The notes under the pieces are model-generated. The model did no database searches. It saw only the letters and a program-made list of their open reading frames with translations, and was not told the origin of the DNA. A stretch of DNA of 64,000 nucleotides, taken from an uncultured Planctomycetaceae bacterium (GTDB lineage Bacteria; Planctomycetota; Planctomycetia; Planctomycetales; Planctomycetaceae). The position numbers and the translations under genes are program-made. Shown here piece by piece: positions 54,072 to 64,000 of the stretch (the first letter of the stretch is position 1; the number at the start of each line of letters is the position of its first letter). The DNA lies in NCBI GenBank assembly GCA_963815195.1, contig CAWFGE010000012.1, positions 608,001 through 672,000 on the forward strand. Reading direction: 5' to 3'.

Positions 54072-55253
54072 TTAACGAACCTCTGTCGCATGGCTTCGCG
54101 CCAACAGCGTTGCGAACTTTCGGCCCGTCGTGGAAAGCGGATAATCCGCAAAATCCCGCACCGAAACCCAGCGGACCCGCTGCTCATCTTGGGGAGCGCC
54201 CTTCCGAAACCGTCCCTGAAAACAAAGCAGATGAATGCGATAGCGGGTGACGCCGTGGCGAATCTCCGCGAGCAACTCGCCGATCTCCGATTCGATGCCC
54301 GTCAAGTCTTTGATCTGATCCTGCAAACGGATCCTGGCGGCCTGGTGTAATTTCTGCTCCAAGAGCCGGCCGGTTTTCTGTTTGGGCGCGGAAGAGTGGA
54401 TGACCTCCTCTTGGCTCAATTCAAAGCGGGGAAAATCCCATAACCCGGCCCAGCGTTCGCCCTCGCTTCGCCTTCGCAGCAGGTACGATTCCTTCCGCCG
54501 GACGGCGATGCTGGCTTCGGTCACATCGGTCAGCGGGACGCGCTCCGCCGGGCGGGGGATGAGCGCTTGCGTTCCCTCCGCATGGGCCCGGCATTCGCGG
54601 GAAACCGGGCACGCGGAGCAATCCGGATCCTTCGGCGTGCAAACCCGTGCGCCCAACTCCATCAAGGCCTGATTGAATCGGCCTGGCGACGCGCGGGGCA
54701 AGATGTCCTCGGCGAACTTCCATAACAATCGCTGCCCCGCCGCCGAGCGCGGATCGCCCGCGTAACCCAAGAGACGGGAATAAAGCCTGAGCGTGTTCGC
54801 TTCCAAAATCGGGGCTTTGGCATCAAAGGCGAACGAGGCAATCGCCCCCGCCGTGTACCGCCCGATGCCCGGCAGCTCTTGAAGCTCCGAAACCGCCGCC
54901 GGAAATTCCCCCTCGCGTTCCAGGGCCAATCGGCGGGCCGCCTTCCAGATGTTCCGGGCCCGCGAATAATATCCCAAGCCTTCCCAGAGCCTTAACACCT
55001 GATGCTCCTCGGCGTCGGCCAGCGATTGGAGGTCGGGGTATGCTTCAAAGAACCTCTCGTAATACGGCACGACCGCGGCCACGGTGGTCTGCTGCAGCAT
55101 GATCTCGCTGATCCAGATGCGGTAAGGATCGCGAGTCTCCCGCCAAGGCAGTTTCCGGGCGGACTCGCCGTACCAGGTTTTGAGCTTCCGCCGGAACCGC
55201 TGCCGGCGGTCGGGAGGGAATTCGTCGTGTTCGTTGTCAAAATCATCCGTCAT
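54072..55253 (-). CDS. mutY: A/G-specific adenine DNA glycosylase
   Basis: LPWR, ISEIMLQQT, WEGLGYYSRARN, LPGIGRYTAGAI, FNQALMELGA, CTPKDPDCSACPVSREC (4Fe-4S), NUDIX-like C-terminus. Confidence 0.96.
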   Translation of the reverse strand: MTDDFDNEHDEFPPDRRQRFRRKLKTWYGESARKLPWRETRDPYRIWISEIMLQQTTVAAVVPYYERFFEAYPDLQSLADAEEHQVLRLWEGLGYYSRARNIWKAARRLALEREGEFPAAVSELQELPGIGRYTAGAIASFAFDAKAPILEANTLRLYSRLLGYAGDPRSAAGQRLLWKFAEDILPRASPGRFNQALMELGARVCTPKDPDCSACPVSRECRAHAEGTQALIPRPAERVPLTDVTEASIAVRRKESYLLRRRSEGERWAGLWDFPRFELSQEEVIHSSAPKQKTGRLLEQKLHQAARIRLQDQIKDLTGIESEIGELLAEIRHGVTRYRIHLLCFQGRFRKGAPQDEQRVRWVSVRDFADYPLSTTGRKFATLLARSHATEVR

Positions 55254-55632
55254 ACGTTGAGCAAAGCGAATCCGCCCCGGCCTGTCAATGCCGAGCGAAA
55301 CCCCGCCGATCTCAGTGTGTGTTTCACAAAAATACGTGGATAATCTTTCGCCCGATTTTCCAGTGGATTGGGTGGCACCCAAGTCCGTACCTACTTTGAT
55401 GAAACACACACCCGATCTCACGCATTACACAACCATCTTTCACAAAAGCATAATTTTGTGAACCATGATTTTTTTTGAATCCCAACCGCCCGGCAGGAAG
55501 CGCAAAAACCACGCCCACCAGAATGCCGCGAATCCTCCGTTGGCTCGGAATCTTTACCGGGCGAGGATATAGTAAAACGCAGTTTCGTATTTGCGAATTT
55601 CCATCGGCCCGTCTGCGAAAAGAGTTTTAGAT

Positions 55633-56922
55633 ATGCCCAAATCTCTGGCGATTGGTTTGACAGTTTGGTTTCTGCTCTCGGGAACGTCTTGTGCTCGCGC
55701 GGCCGAGGTTGCCGAATCAGGCAAGGCGGAGCCCATCAACGTAGCGCGGGCGGATTGGCCCTGGTGGCGCGGGCCGAACCGCAACGGCATCGCCGACCCC
55801 GCCCAGACCCCGCCGCTCAAATGGAGCGAAACCGAAAACGTGCTCTGGAAAGCCCCGCTGCCGGGCCGCGGGCACAGTTCGCCGATCGTCGTGGGCGATC
55901 AGGTGTTTCTGACCACGGCGGACGAAGACCGCGGCGTGCAGTCCGTGCTGTGCTTCGACCAGAGCACCGGGAAGCTCGCGTGGGAAGCGATCGTCCATCG
56001 CGGCGGGATGATGACCAAAGGCAACAAAAAAGCGTCGCAGGCGTCTTCGTCCGTCGCCTGTGACGGCAAGCGGGTGTTCGTGAACTTCCTCAATGACGGG
56101 GCCGTTTACACCACGGCTCTCGACCGCAAAGGCAACCAACTCTGGCAAACAAAGATCACGGATTACACCGTGCACCAAGGCTACGGATCGTCCCCGGCCG
56201 TCGTTGGGGCTTTGGTGATCGTCTCGGCGGACAACAAGGGCGGCGGAGCGATCGCCGGGTTGGACCGCCTGACGGGTAATGTCGTCTGGAAAACGTCCCG
56301 TCCCGAAAAACCGAATTACGCTTCGCCTGTGATCCTCAAAGCCGCCGGCCGCGAGCAGTTGGTGTTTACCGGTTGCGACATGGTCTCGAGCTTTGAACCC
56401 GCCACGGGAAAGAAGCTCTGGGAGATTGAAGGAGCGACCACCGAATGCGTGACCAGCACCGTCAGCGACGGCGGCCTGGTCTTCACCAGCGGCGGTTATC
56501 CCAAGAACCACGTCTCCGCGGTGAAAGCCGACGGCTCCGGCGAAGTGGTCTGGGAGAAAAACGTCCGCGTGTATGTGCCTTCGATGCTCGCCCGCGACGG
56601 CTATTTGTACGCGGTGACCGATCGCGGCGTCGCCACCTGCTGGAAAGCCGGCACCGGCGAAGATGTCTGGCAGCACCGCTTGGGCGGGACGTTCACCGCG
56701 TCTCCGGTCTTGGTCGGGGATCATCTGTTTGCCACCAACGAAGCCGGCACGACGTTTGTGCTCAAGCTCACCGAAACCGGCGCGGAAGACGTCGCCGAGA
56801 ACCAATTGGGCGACGAAGTCTATTCCACCCCCACCCTCTGCGGCAGCCGAATCTACATGCGGGTCGCGAAGCAAATCGACGGCAAACGGCAGGAAATGCT
56901 GTATTGCCTGGGGCAGAAGTAA
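55633..56922 (+). CDS. Exported PQQ-like beta-propeller repeat protein
   Basis: DWPWWRGPNRNG, WSETENVLWKAPLPGRGHSSPIV, repeated G..VW and SP motifs. Confidence 0.9.
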   Translation: MPKSLAIGLTVWFLLSGTSCARAAEVAESGKAEPINVARADWPWWRGPNRNGIADPAQTPPLKWSETENVLWKAPLPGRGHSSPIVVGDQVFLTTADEDRGVQSVLCFDQSTGKLAWEAIVHRGGMMTKGNKKASQASSSVACDGKRVFVNFLNDGAVYTTALDRKGNQLWQTKITDYTVHQGYGSSPAVVGALVIVSADNKGGGAIAGLDRLTGNVVWKTSRPEKPNYASPVILKAAGREQLVFTGCDMVSSFEPATGKKLWEIEGATTECVTSTVSDGGLVFTSGGYPKNHVSAVKADGSGEVVWEKNVRVYVPSMLARDGYLYAVTDRGVATCWKAGTGEDVWQHRLGGTFTASPVLVGDHLFATNEAGTTFVLKLTETGAEDVAENQLGDEVYSTPTLCGSRIYMRVAKQIDGKRQEMLYCLGQK

Positions 56923-56954
56923 CGACTCGATTCCCCACGCGAAAACGTTTTAAC

Positions 56955-57011
56955 GAGCCGCGCACGAAGTCAGCGGTTGGTTCTTGCGTCCGCTGACTTC
57001 GTGCGCGGCTC
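56955..57011. repeat. REP family B inverted pair
   Basis: gagccgcgcacgaagtcagcgg ... ccgctgacttcgtgcgcggctc. Confidence 0.9.
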
Positions 57012-57046
57012 TTATTCCTCTTTAACCTCCCACAGTTCCTCCTCCG

Positions 57047-58159
57047 ATGACACAAACCATTTCCGCTGAGACTCTCCGCAACTTTACGAATCGAATCTTC
57101 CACGCCGCGGGATTTGCCGCGGACGATGCCGAGCGGGCCACGGATGTTTTGTTGTGGGCCAGTCTCCGCGGCGTGGATACGCACGGCATCCGCAACTTGA
57201 AGCGCTATTACATCGACAGTGCCGGCGGCGTGGGACGGAGAGACGGCGTGATCATTCCCGATGCTCCGCTGACGACCGAGCACGAATCCCCCACCACGGC
57301 GGCGTTCAACGCCCACGGGGGTTTGGGGTTGTCGGTTTCGGTGCGGGCGATGGAGTTCGCGATCGCCAAGGCGGGGGAACAAGGCGTCGCCGTGGTCACG
57401 GTCCGCAACTCGACGCACTTCGGGGCGGCGGGCTATTACGCCCAGATGGCCGCCGGCCGCGACATGCTCGGCTTTGCCTCGACCGGGTATTTCTTTCCGC
57501 ACGGGCAGGAAAAAGCCGTCGTCCCCTTCGGCGGGCTATTGCCAATGCTTTCCACGAATCCGCTGGCGATGGCGTGCCCTTCGCTGAGCTTCCCCTTTCT
57601 GATGGACCTGTCCACATCGACCGTCCCGGTCAACCGGGTGGAAATGCTCGAAGAACAAGGCAAGGCAATTCCGGCAAACTGGGCATTGGGTTCCGACCAT
57701 CGGCCCACGACCGACCCGCAGGCGGTTCAGAAAATGGTCCCGCTGGGCGGGGCGACGGAATACGGCGGACACAAAGGCTACGCGCTCGCCCTCGGCGGCT
57801 GGATTTTGACGGGGCTCTTGTCGGGAGCCTGGTGCGCAAACCCGGCGCCCGACCGGGTTTTGGGCAAAACCCCCGAAACGAAGCTGGGCTTCGCCCAGGA
57901 AGGCATCGGCCACATTTTCGCCGCGGTCCGGCTGGATCAGTTCGGCGATCCCGGCACGATCAAACGCGGATTGTCCGCGATGATGGAGGCCCTCAACGAG
58001 TCCCCGCCCGCCGAGGGCTTTGAACGGGTCCTGGTTCCGGGGCAAAAAGAAGCCGAGACCCTGGCCCGGAGAGCGCGCGAGGGCATTCCGCTGTCCGACG
58101 CGACGTGGGCCGACCTCCAGAGCCTCGCCGGGCAATTCGGTGTCCCGCTCGAGGCCTGA
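57047..58159 (+). CDS. Ldh (LDH2/MDH2) family oxidoreductase
   Basis: LRGVDTHG, RNSTHFGAAGYY, STNPLA, DLSTS, GGHKGYALA, VLVPG. Confidence 0.92.
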   Translation: MTQTISAETLRNFTNRIFHAAGFAADDAERATDVLLWASLRGVDTHGIRNLKRYYIDSAGGVGRRDGVIIPDAPLTTEHESPTTAAFNAHGGLGLSVSVRAMEFAIAKAGEQGVAVVTVRNSTHFGAAGYYAQMAAGRDMLGFASTGYFFPHGQEKAVVPFGGLLPMLSTNPLAMACPSLSFPFLMDLSTSTVPVNRVEMLEEQGKAIPANWALGSDHRPTTDPQAVQKMVPLGGATEYGGHKGYALALGGWILTGLLSGAWCANPAPDRVLGKTPETKLGFAQEGIGHIFAAVRLDQFGDPGTIKRGLSAMMEALNESPPAEGFERVLVPGQKEAETLARRAREGIPLSDATWADLQSLAGQFGVPLEA

Positions 58160-58261
58160 CAGACGCCGCCGCGGCCAATCTCGTCTGGACCTAACGGGGG
58201 AATCCTTGTTTAATTCGGGCAAATCCCGAATGAATCCCCTCCCCGGCAAGGATGACCGACC

Positions 58262-60406
58262 GTGAATAGTTTCACCCGGCTTGTGCCCTACATCTGGCCG
58301 CATCGCAAAAGGCTGTTCCTCTCCACGCTGTTTGCGATCCTGGTCGCCATGCTGTGGAGCCTGAACCTCTCTGCGACCTTTCCGGTGGTCAAGGTGCTGA
58401 TGGAGCAGCAAAGCCTGCCGGATTACGTCGATCAGGAAATCGCCTCGGCCGACCGGGAAGTCGACGAACGTTCCGAGACGATCGAGCGGCTCGATCAGAA
58501 AATCGAAGAGGTCGAAGCCAAAGGCGGCACGTCTGACGACACGGTGGAACTCCTCAAAGAGCACGCCCGGCAGCAATCGAAGCTCTCGCGGGCCTCCCGC
58601 AAAGAACTGGTGATGAGTTGGCTCAAGTCCAACGTCATCCCCTGGATCCCGGAAGACAAGTTCGACATGCTGGCCCTTATCCTGGGCCTCGTGTTTGTTG
58701 CGACGATCCTGAAATCCATCTGCGTGTTCGTGCAGGAGGTGCTCATCGGCAGCGTGGTGCAGCTCACCGTGATGGACATCCGCAAAGCCTCGTTCCGCCG
58801 CACGCTGCAACTGGATTACCAGACGCTATCGATCAACGGCACCTCCGATTTGATGTCGCGGTTCACCTACGACATGAACGTGCTGGCCCAGGGCCTGACG
58901 CTGATGGGCGGCAAGGTCGTCCGCGAGCCGCTCAAGGCCTTGGGTTGTTTGACGTGCGCTTTCGTGGTCAACTGGCGGCTGACGCTTCTGTCGATGCTGT
59001 TTGTCCCGCTGGTCGCCTTGGCGTTTTATCGCATCGGGCGGCTGCTCAAAGTCGCCAGCAAACGCCTGATGGAAAGCATGTCCCGCTTGTATAAAACGCT
59101 TGAGGAAACGTTCGACGCCGCGAAAATCGTGATCGCTTTCAACGGGGCGCACCGGCATCGGGCGAGATTTCACCGCGAGAACAAAGAGTTCTACGCGAAG
59201 GCGATGAAGCTCGTGAGGATCGATTCGCTCACCAGCCCCATGACGGAAATCCTGGGCGTTCTCGCCGTGCAGGTGGCCCTGCTTCCGGGGGCGTACCTGG
59301 TGCTTCGCGAAACGACCACGATTTGGGGCATTGCCCTGTCCACGAACAAAATGGACATGGCCCAGCTTTCGCTGTTGTATGTGCTCCTGGCGGGAACCAT
59401 CGACCCGGCCCGCAAACTTTCGACCACGTATGCCAAGCTCAAACGCTCGATGGCGGCCGCGGATCGGGTGTTCGGGCTGATCGATGCCAAGAGCCTCGTC
59501 AAAGAACCCGCCGAACCCCTCACGGCCCCCTGGCATAACAAATCGATCGAGTTCCGCGATGTGCGGTTTACCTATGCCCAATCCGTCGACGACAACACCC
59601 CCCGCCCGCCCGTTTTGGAAAACGTGCGCCTGGCGATCGAAGCGGGCGAAGTGATCGTGGTCGTGGGCGAGAACGGCTCCGGCAAGTCCACGCTCGTTAA
59701 TCTGCTGCCCCGGTATTACGATCCGGAACAAGGCGCGGTGTTGATCGACGGCATCGACGTTCGCGACATTCGCCTCAAGGACCTGCGGGCCCAGATCGGC
59801 GTCGTCACGCAGGAAACGCTGCTGTTCGATGAGACCATCTACGAAAACATCCGCTACGGAAAACCCGACGCGTCGGCCGAGCAAATCGAAGACGCCGCCC
59901 GGCGGGCGCACGTGACCGCGTTTTTGAAATCGCTGCCCGACGGCATTCAAACCCGCGTGGGCGACAAAGGCGGCCGGCTCTCGGGCGGGCAGCGGCAGCG
60001 CATCGCCTTGGCGCGGGCGATCCTCCGCGATCCCCCGATTCTGATTCTGGACGAAGCCACGTCGGCGATCGACGCCCAAAGCGAACGGCTGATCCATCAG
60101 ACCCTGCGGGAGTTCGCCCACGGCCGCACCGTGTTCATGATTACCCACGCCGTCCGCCAAAGCATTTTGGACTTCGTGGACCGGATCGTGGTCATGCAGG
60201 AGGGCCGACTGATCGCCGCCGGCCCGCACGAGATGCTCATGGAAGTCTGCCCGGCGTATCGCCGATTGTACCGGGCCCAGCTTCATCAGCCGGGACACAG
60301 CGAAGCCGCCGCAGCCGACCCCGGGATTCTTCCGCTCCGCCGCATCGAGCACGGCTCAAAGCCATCGGAATCCCAACCGAACCGCCCCACGGGATCGGAC
60401 GGGTAG
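58262..60406 (+). CDS. ABC transporter fused permease/ATPase (MsbA-like exporter)
   Basis: ABC-TM domain followed by GENGSGKST, LSGGQRQR, ILDEATS, ITH. Confidence 0.92.
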   Translation: MNSFTRLVPYIWPHRKRLFLSTLFAILVAMLWSLNLSATFPVVKVLMEQQSLPDYVDQEIASADREVDERSETIERLDQKIEEVEAKGGTSDDTVELLKEHARQQSKLSRASRKELVMSWLKSNVIPWIPEDKFDMLALILGLVFVATILKSICVFVQEVLIGSVVQLTVMDIRKASFRRTLQLDYQTLSINGTSDLMSRFTYDMNVLAQGLTLMGGKVVREPLKALGCLTCAFVVNWRLTLLSMLFVPLVALAFYRIGRLLKVASKRLMESMSRLYKTLEETFDAAKIVIAFNGAHRHRARFHRENKEFYAKAMKLVRIDSLTSPMTEILGVLAVQVALLPGAYLVLRETTTIWGIALSTNKMDMAQLSLLYVLLAGTIDPARKLSTTYAKLKRSMAAADRVFGLIDAKSLVKEPAEPLTAPWHNKSIEFRDVRFTYAQSVDDNTPRPPVLENVRLAIEAGEVIVVVGENGSGKSTLVNLLPRYYDPEQGAVLIDGIDVRDIRLKDLRAQIGVVTQETLLFDETIYENIRYGKPDASAEQIEDAARRAHVTAFLKSLPDGIQTRVGDKGGRLSGGQRQRIALARAILRDPPILILDEATSAIDAQSERLIHQTLREFAHGRTVFMITHAVRQSILDFVDRIVVMQEGRLIAAGPHEMLMEVCPAYRRLYRAQLHQPGHSEAAAADPGILPLRRIEHGSKPSESQPNRPTGSDG

Positions 60407-60682
60407 GTCTCGTCGAGAGGCCTTAATGCCAAGACCGCCCAGGCAAGACGAGGCCGCAAAGAGTTTTCACGCTGGGCTTCCTTGCCGGTTTTCAAGCGAA
60501 TCCCGTCGGATGGGAACGCGCCGCATTTCCGGGTGGGAATCCTTCGGGCAGAGCAATTCGTCGAGGGATGATCTCATCATCAACCCGGATGACGAGTTCC
60601 GCATCTCCCGGCGGAATCTGTTGGGGAGTTTTGAGGATCATGAACTCCGGGGCCGCCTGGACCACCCAAGACAGTATTCTAA

Positions 60683-60793
60683 GGACCGCCAAGAAAACAA
60701 CTTCAGTTTTTGAACCATTTAACAAAACCAGGGGGCTTACGCCCCCCGCTCGCCTGTTGATCCCAAATGCTGAAGTTATATTCTTCGCGATCC
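60683..60793. mobile_element. MITE-like element, copy 2, flanked by a TAA duplication
   Basis: Reverse complement of 18543-18654; TAA at 60680-60682 and at 60794-60796. Confidence 0.8.
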
Positions 60794-61143
60794 TAAAAGT
60801 CTTCCGGCGCGAATATCTTTTTCAAAACGAGCGATGTGCATCAGGGGAATATCCGCTTTCCCCGAACCGCGGATAACGCCGATTTTCGCCGATAACCGAG
60901 GGAGCAACGATTCAAATGGCTTTCGCCATTTACCGAGGGTGAAATCCGTCTTTTATCAGCGCTCTCCGCGTGATCGGCGGATTGAATCCATTCCCAACGA
61001 GGCGGTCCACTTGCGACAGGGGCTCGCGACGAAGCCCGAGCAAAAAAACGTAACTCTTCAGCCGAATGAAGGCGGAACGGAAGGCCGGCCGCACTCGACT
61101 GACGAGTTACGCGATTCTTATATTTCGCCGTGAAACCGGCCGC

Positions 61144-63669
61144 TCAATAGGTGGGCAAAACTTCCTGTTCCGCTTTGGCGGGGCGGATGGGTTGGGACGG
61201 ATCTTGGTTGGTTTGCAGCATCTTCAACCGGCCGATGTGGTTGGTCTCGAGTTGAATCTGCCTCGCATGCAGCCTGGTGCCGTTGGAGGTCGTGAGTTCC
61301 ACGCCGTCCGACGTCGCGCGGATGGTGAGCTGCGTCGGTTTCGATTCGGCAGCCTTCTTTTGCAGGGCGAACCACTTCATCGCCAATTGTTGGTTGACGA
61401 AGTTTTTCTTTAGATTCGCGAGCGACGTATGTTGTTCGCGGAGCTTTTTCTCCAGATCCGCTCCGGTCGCCAGATCGTCTTTCTGCATCATGCGGGCGAC
61501 TGCTTTCTCAAAGGCTTGCTCGCACGATCTGTTGGCTTTTTCCCATTGCTCATTGCCGAGCGTCAATTTCAAAGCTTCGGCGCAAAGTTTTCGTTCGATA
61601 AAGTGGTCCAGGTCCCGTTCGATCAGCAGCGCGCGGGCTTCTTCGTATTCGTCTCGTGAAAGCTTTTTCTTGGCCTCGGCCAATTGCGGGGCAAAGCGTT
61701 CCAAAATGTCCGAAGCGAGAATGGGAGAGCCGTTGACCATCGCCACCCAATCGCCGTCTTTCGGGGGGCAGACTTTGCAATCCCGGACGCCCACGGCCAA
61801 GCGAACGGCTTGGGGCGGGGCGACGGCTGAAGCCGAGGCTTCATGCGTCGTTTCTTTCTTCACGCAGGACTCGCAGTTTGCCTTTGAGCATTCTGAGCAT
61901 TTGGCCTCGGCACATTTTGCGGTTGAGCATTTGGCCTCAGTGCAGTTTCCGTTTGGGCACTGCGCCTCGGCCCCGTGGAATTGAATGTTTTGCACGCGGA
62001 CACGGCAGCGCTGGCCTTTATCGATTGTGCAATGAAAATGGACAGGATTGCCTTCTTTGGAGCAGGCTTCACAATCGGCTCCCTGACAACCCGCGCTTGT
62101 GCAGCACGGTTTAATCTTCACAAAAATATAGCCGAGATTATGGTAATACTCCTCAAGGGCATCGATGTTCTCGCGGGTTGGCGAAGGATTCGCAGCCGCG
62201 CGGTCTTTCTTGCCGCAGCATTCGCAGCTTGCCTTTGAGCATTCTGCGCATTTGGCCGCGGCACATTTTGTGGTTGCGCATTCTGCGCATTTGGCCTCGG
62301 CACATTGACCGTTTGGGCACGGGGTTTGGGTCTGGCCTACGACGCCAACAGACTGGCCTACGACGCCAACAGAGAAGTGAAACACTTGCGGTTTCGCGCT
62401 TTCCGTCACCGGGACGCCGGTGGTCTTGTAGAAACGGTTGATGTAGGGGATTTTGTTCAAGATCGGGTGGCTGATGATTCTAACCGAGGGACCGGTGGCG
62501 GGTTTCTTCGTGCCGCAGGAGCAGCTGCAGTCGCATTTGGTTTTGCAATCACACTGCTCATTGCAACACTTGGCTTTGGCGGAGGTTTCGCTGGTGCATT
62601 TGAACGGGCCATTCACGCCTGCCGCCTTCAGCGGAACACAATGGCTTGCGGAGACGGCCGGGACGGGGCGGCTGACGAGGTTGTGGGGCTTGGTCACCAC
62701 GGCGTGCAGGAATTGGGCGATCGAAGCCTGCACCGGCGGGGCGGCGCTTACGGTCAGCTCATCGCCATCGACGATGCAGCCCAACACGCCGGCACTTTGT
62801 TCCAAGATCGGTTCCAAAGCCTTGGCGGTTTCGTGGGGCACATCGTACTTCGCCCGCACGAAATGCTCGACGCTCTTCGCACCGGCAAACTCCGGAGGCA
62901 CCGGCGGCCGCCACCCTGTGGGAGCAACCGGCATGCCCACGGGAACCGGCGGGTGATAGTGGATGATCGGCGGATGCCCCGCGCGGCGGATTTCCCTCCA
63001 CATCGCTTGGCCCGTTTCCATATCGATAAAGGGCGGGGCAAACGCTTGCGGGCCGGCATGAAGCTGTTGCCAAAACGCCTTCACGGGACATTCACCCCAG
63101 GGGCATTCACCAGGGTCCGGTTGAGCGACGGGCGTCCCGGCCGGGCCGTTGGCTTTGCAGGCTTCGGTTTTGTCTTCGTTGGAGACCACCTGGAACTCGC
63201 CGCTCGCTTCGGTGTAATCGACGTGCCGAACGGCGGGCGGTTCTTCCGAGTACTCCACAACCTGGAGGGCAAATGGCGGGGGGAAGAATTGCGGCGGCCT
63301 GGAACCACGAAACTCGAATCCGGAGATAGTCGGCGGTTCGGCCGGCGGAGCGGGAAACAAAGCCGGCGCGGGAGGCGGGCAGGGAACGATCGCCACGGGC
63401 GGGCAGGAAAATATCGCCGGAAACTCCTGCGGCGGGCGCACGGCCGGCGAGAACAGATCAAACGGCGCGGGCGGCGGAACGGCCGGCGAGGCGACCATCC
63501 AGGTCGGCGAAACAGCCCGGGGGGGCAGTGACACCCGCGGCAAACGCAACAGCGGGCCCGCGGTCGTTTCAAACTCGCCCGGCACGGTAATCGCCCCGGA
63601 CGTCGGGGCTTTCTCGGGCTGCGGCGTCTCGTCCACAAACATCATCAGTAACGTCGCTAACAGCATCAT
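61144..63669 (-). CDS. Hypothetical 841-aa Pro/Cys-rich mosaic protein
   Basis: Long ORF with RBS aggag and a hydrophobic N-terminus. Pro-rich region, Cys-rich repeats (CAEAKC...), and segments resembling secretin, POTRA and SurA-N domains. Confidence 0.75.
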   Translation of the reverse strand: MMLLATLLMMFVDETPQPEKAPTSGAITVPGEFETTAGPLLRLPRVSLPPRAVSPTWMVASPAVPPPAPFDLFSPAVRPPQEFPAIFSCPPVAIVPCPPPAPALFPAPPAEPPTISGFEFRGSRPPQFFPPPFALQVVEYSEEPPAVRHVDYTEASGEFQVVSNEDKTEACKANGPAGTPVAQPDPGECPWGECPVKAFWQQLHAGPQAFAPPFIDMETGQAMWREIRRAGHPPIIHYHPPVPVGMPVAPTGWRPPVPPEFAGAKSVEHFVRAKYDVPHETAKALEPILEQSAGVLGCIVDGDELTVSAAPPVQASIAQFLHAVVTKPHNLVSRPVPAVSASHCVPLKAAGVNGPFKCTSETSAKAKCCNEQCDCKTKCDCSCSCGTKKPATGPSVRIISHPILNKIPYINRFYKTTGVPVTESAKPQVFHFSVGVVGQSVGVVGQTQTPCPNGQCAEAKCAECATTKCAAAKCAECSKASCECCGKKDRAAANPSPTRENIDALEEYYHNLGYIFVKIKPCCTSAGCQGADCEACSKEGNPVHFHCTIDKGQRCRVRVQNIQFHGAEAQCPNGNCTEAKCSTAKCAEAKCSECSKANCESCVKKETTHEASASAVAPPQAVRLAVGVRDCKVCPPKDGDWVAMVNGSPILASDILERFAPQLAEAKKKLSRDEYEEARALLIERDLDHFIERKLCAEALKLTLGNEQWEKANRSCEQAFEKAVARMMQKDDLATGADLEKKLREQHTSLANLKKNFVNQQLAMKWFALQKKAAESKPTQLTIRATSDGVELTTSNGTRLHARQIQLETNHIGRLKMLQTNQDPSQPIRPAKAEQEVLPTY

Positions 63670-64000
63670 TCGCGTCCTGCTCCTGAAAATAGAAAATGTT
63701 CCCTAGAATCCTCGTGGGTCAGCCGCCCGATATGCAAACCGATTGCCATTGGCCGGGGCAATCGGGATTTTTCCGGGCGGAAATCGGCAACTCCTTATGA
63801 TGGCGTCGTTTCCGAAATCCGCCGCCCGCCGACGCCGGTCTCGCGGGAGCCGGAAAATTGAAACGATTACCACGCCGCTTGAAACATTTGCACGACTGGC
63901 CCCGATCGCGGAAGTTGTGTAGCTTGATGCTTCATCAACAAATCGCGAGAACATCGACCGAGGAAACCACGGCATGCGAATCAATCGGCGGGACTTTCTG

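Overview
GC-rich bacterial chromosomal window. The gene content and style suggest a planctomycete (Rho with a long N-terminal extension, di-heme DUF1111 protein, PQQ-like propeller, TPR-fused alpha-2-macroglobulin, DUF309); this is an inference. Most genes are housekeeping or envelope genes: rho, a type IIA topoisomerase B subunit, purM, feoB, a sugar ABC transporter, an MMPL transporter, a PLP decarboxylase, a PIG-L deacetylase, acyP, a CinA/PncC protein, mutY, an Ldh-family enzyme and an MsbA-like ABC transporter. About 11 single-base frameshifts, several in near-essential genes, indicate indel errors in the assembly rather than pseudogenes. The main finding is a four-gene phage-type HEAD module at 43361-46537 (-): prohead protease/scaffold, decoration protein, HK97/Mu-gpT-like major capsid protein and a gpW-like head-completion protein. 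No portal, terminase, tail, integrase or lysis gene is nearby. All four genes have RBSs, and host REP elements sit in the gaps between them. It is a candidate domesticated GTA-like or capsid-nanocompartment system. Other observations: a 2,830-aa thioester-less alpha-2-macroglobulin with a mosaic bait region; a Cys-rich protein apparently stitched from secretin, POTRA and SurA fragments; MITE-like elements carrying REP hairpins; several REP families; an unannotated 43-aa membrane peptide; and two enzymes with substituted catalytic residues. No rRNA, tRNA or CRISPR array was found.
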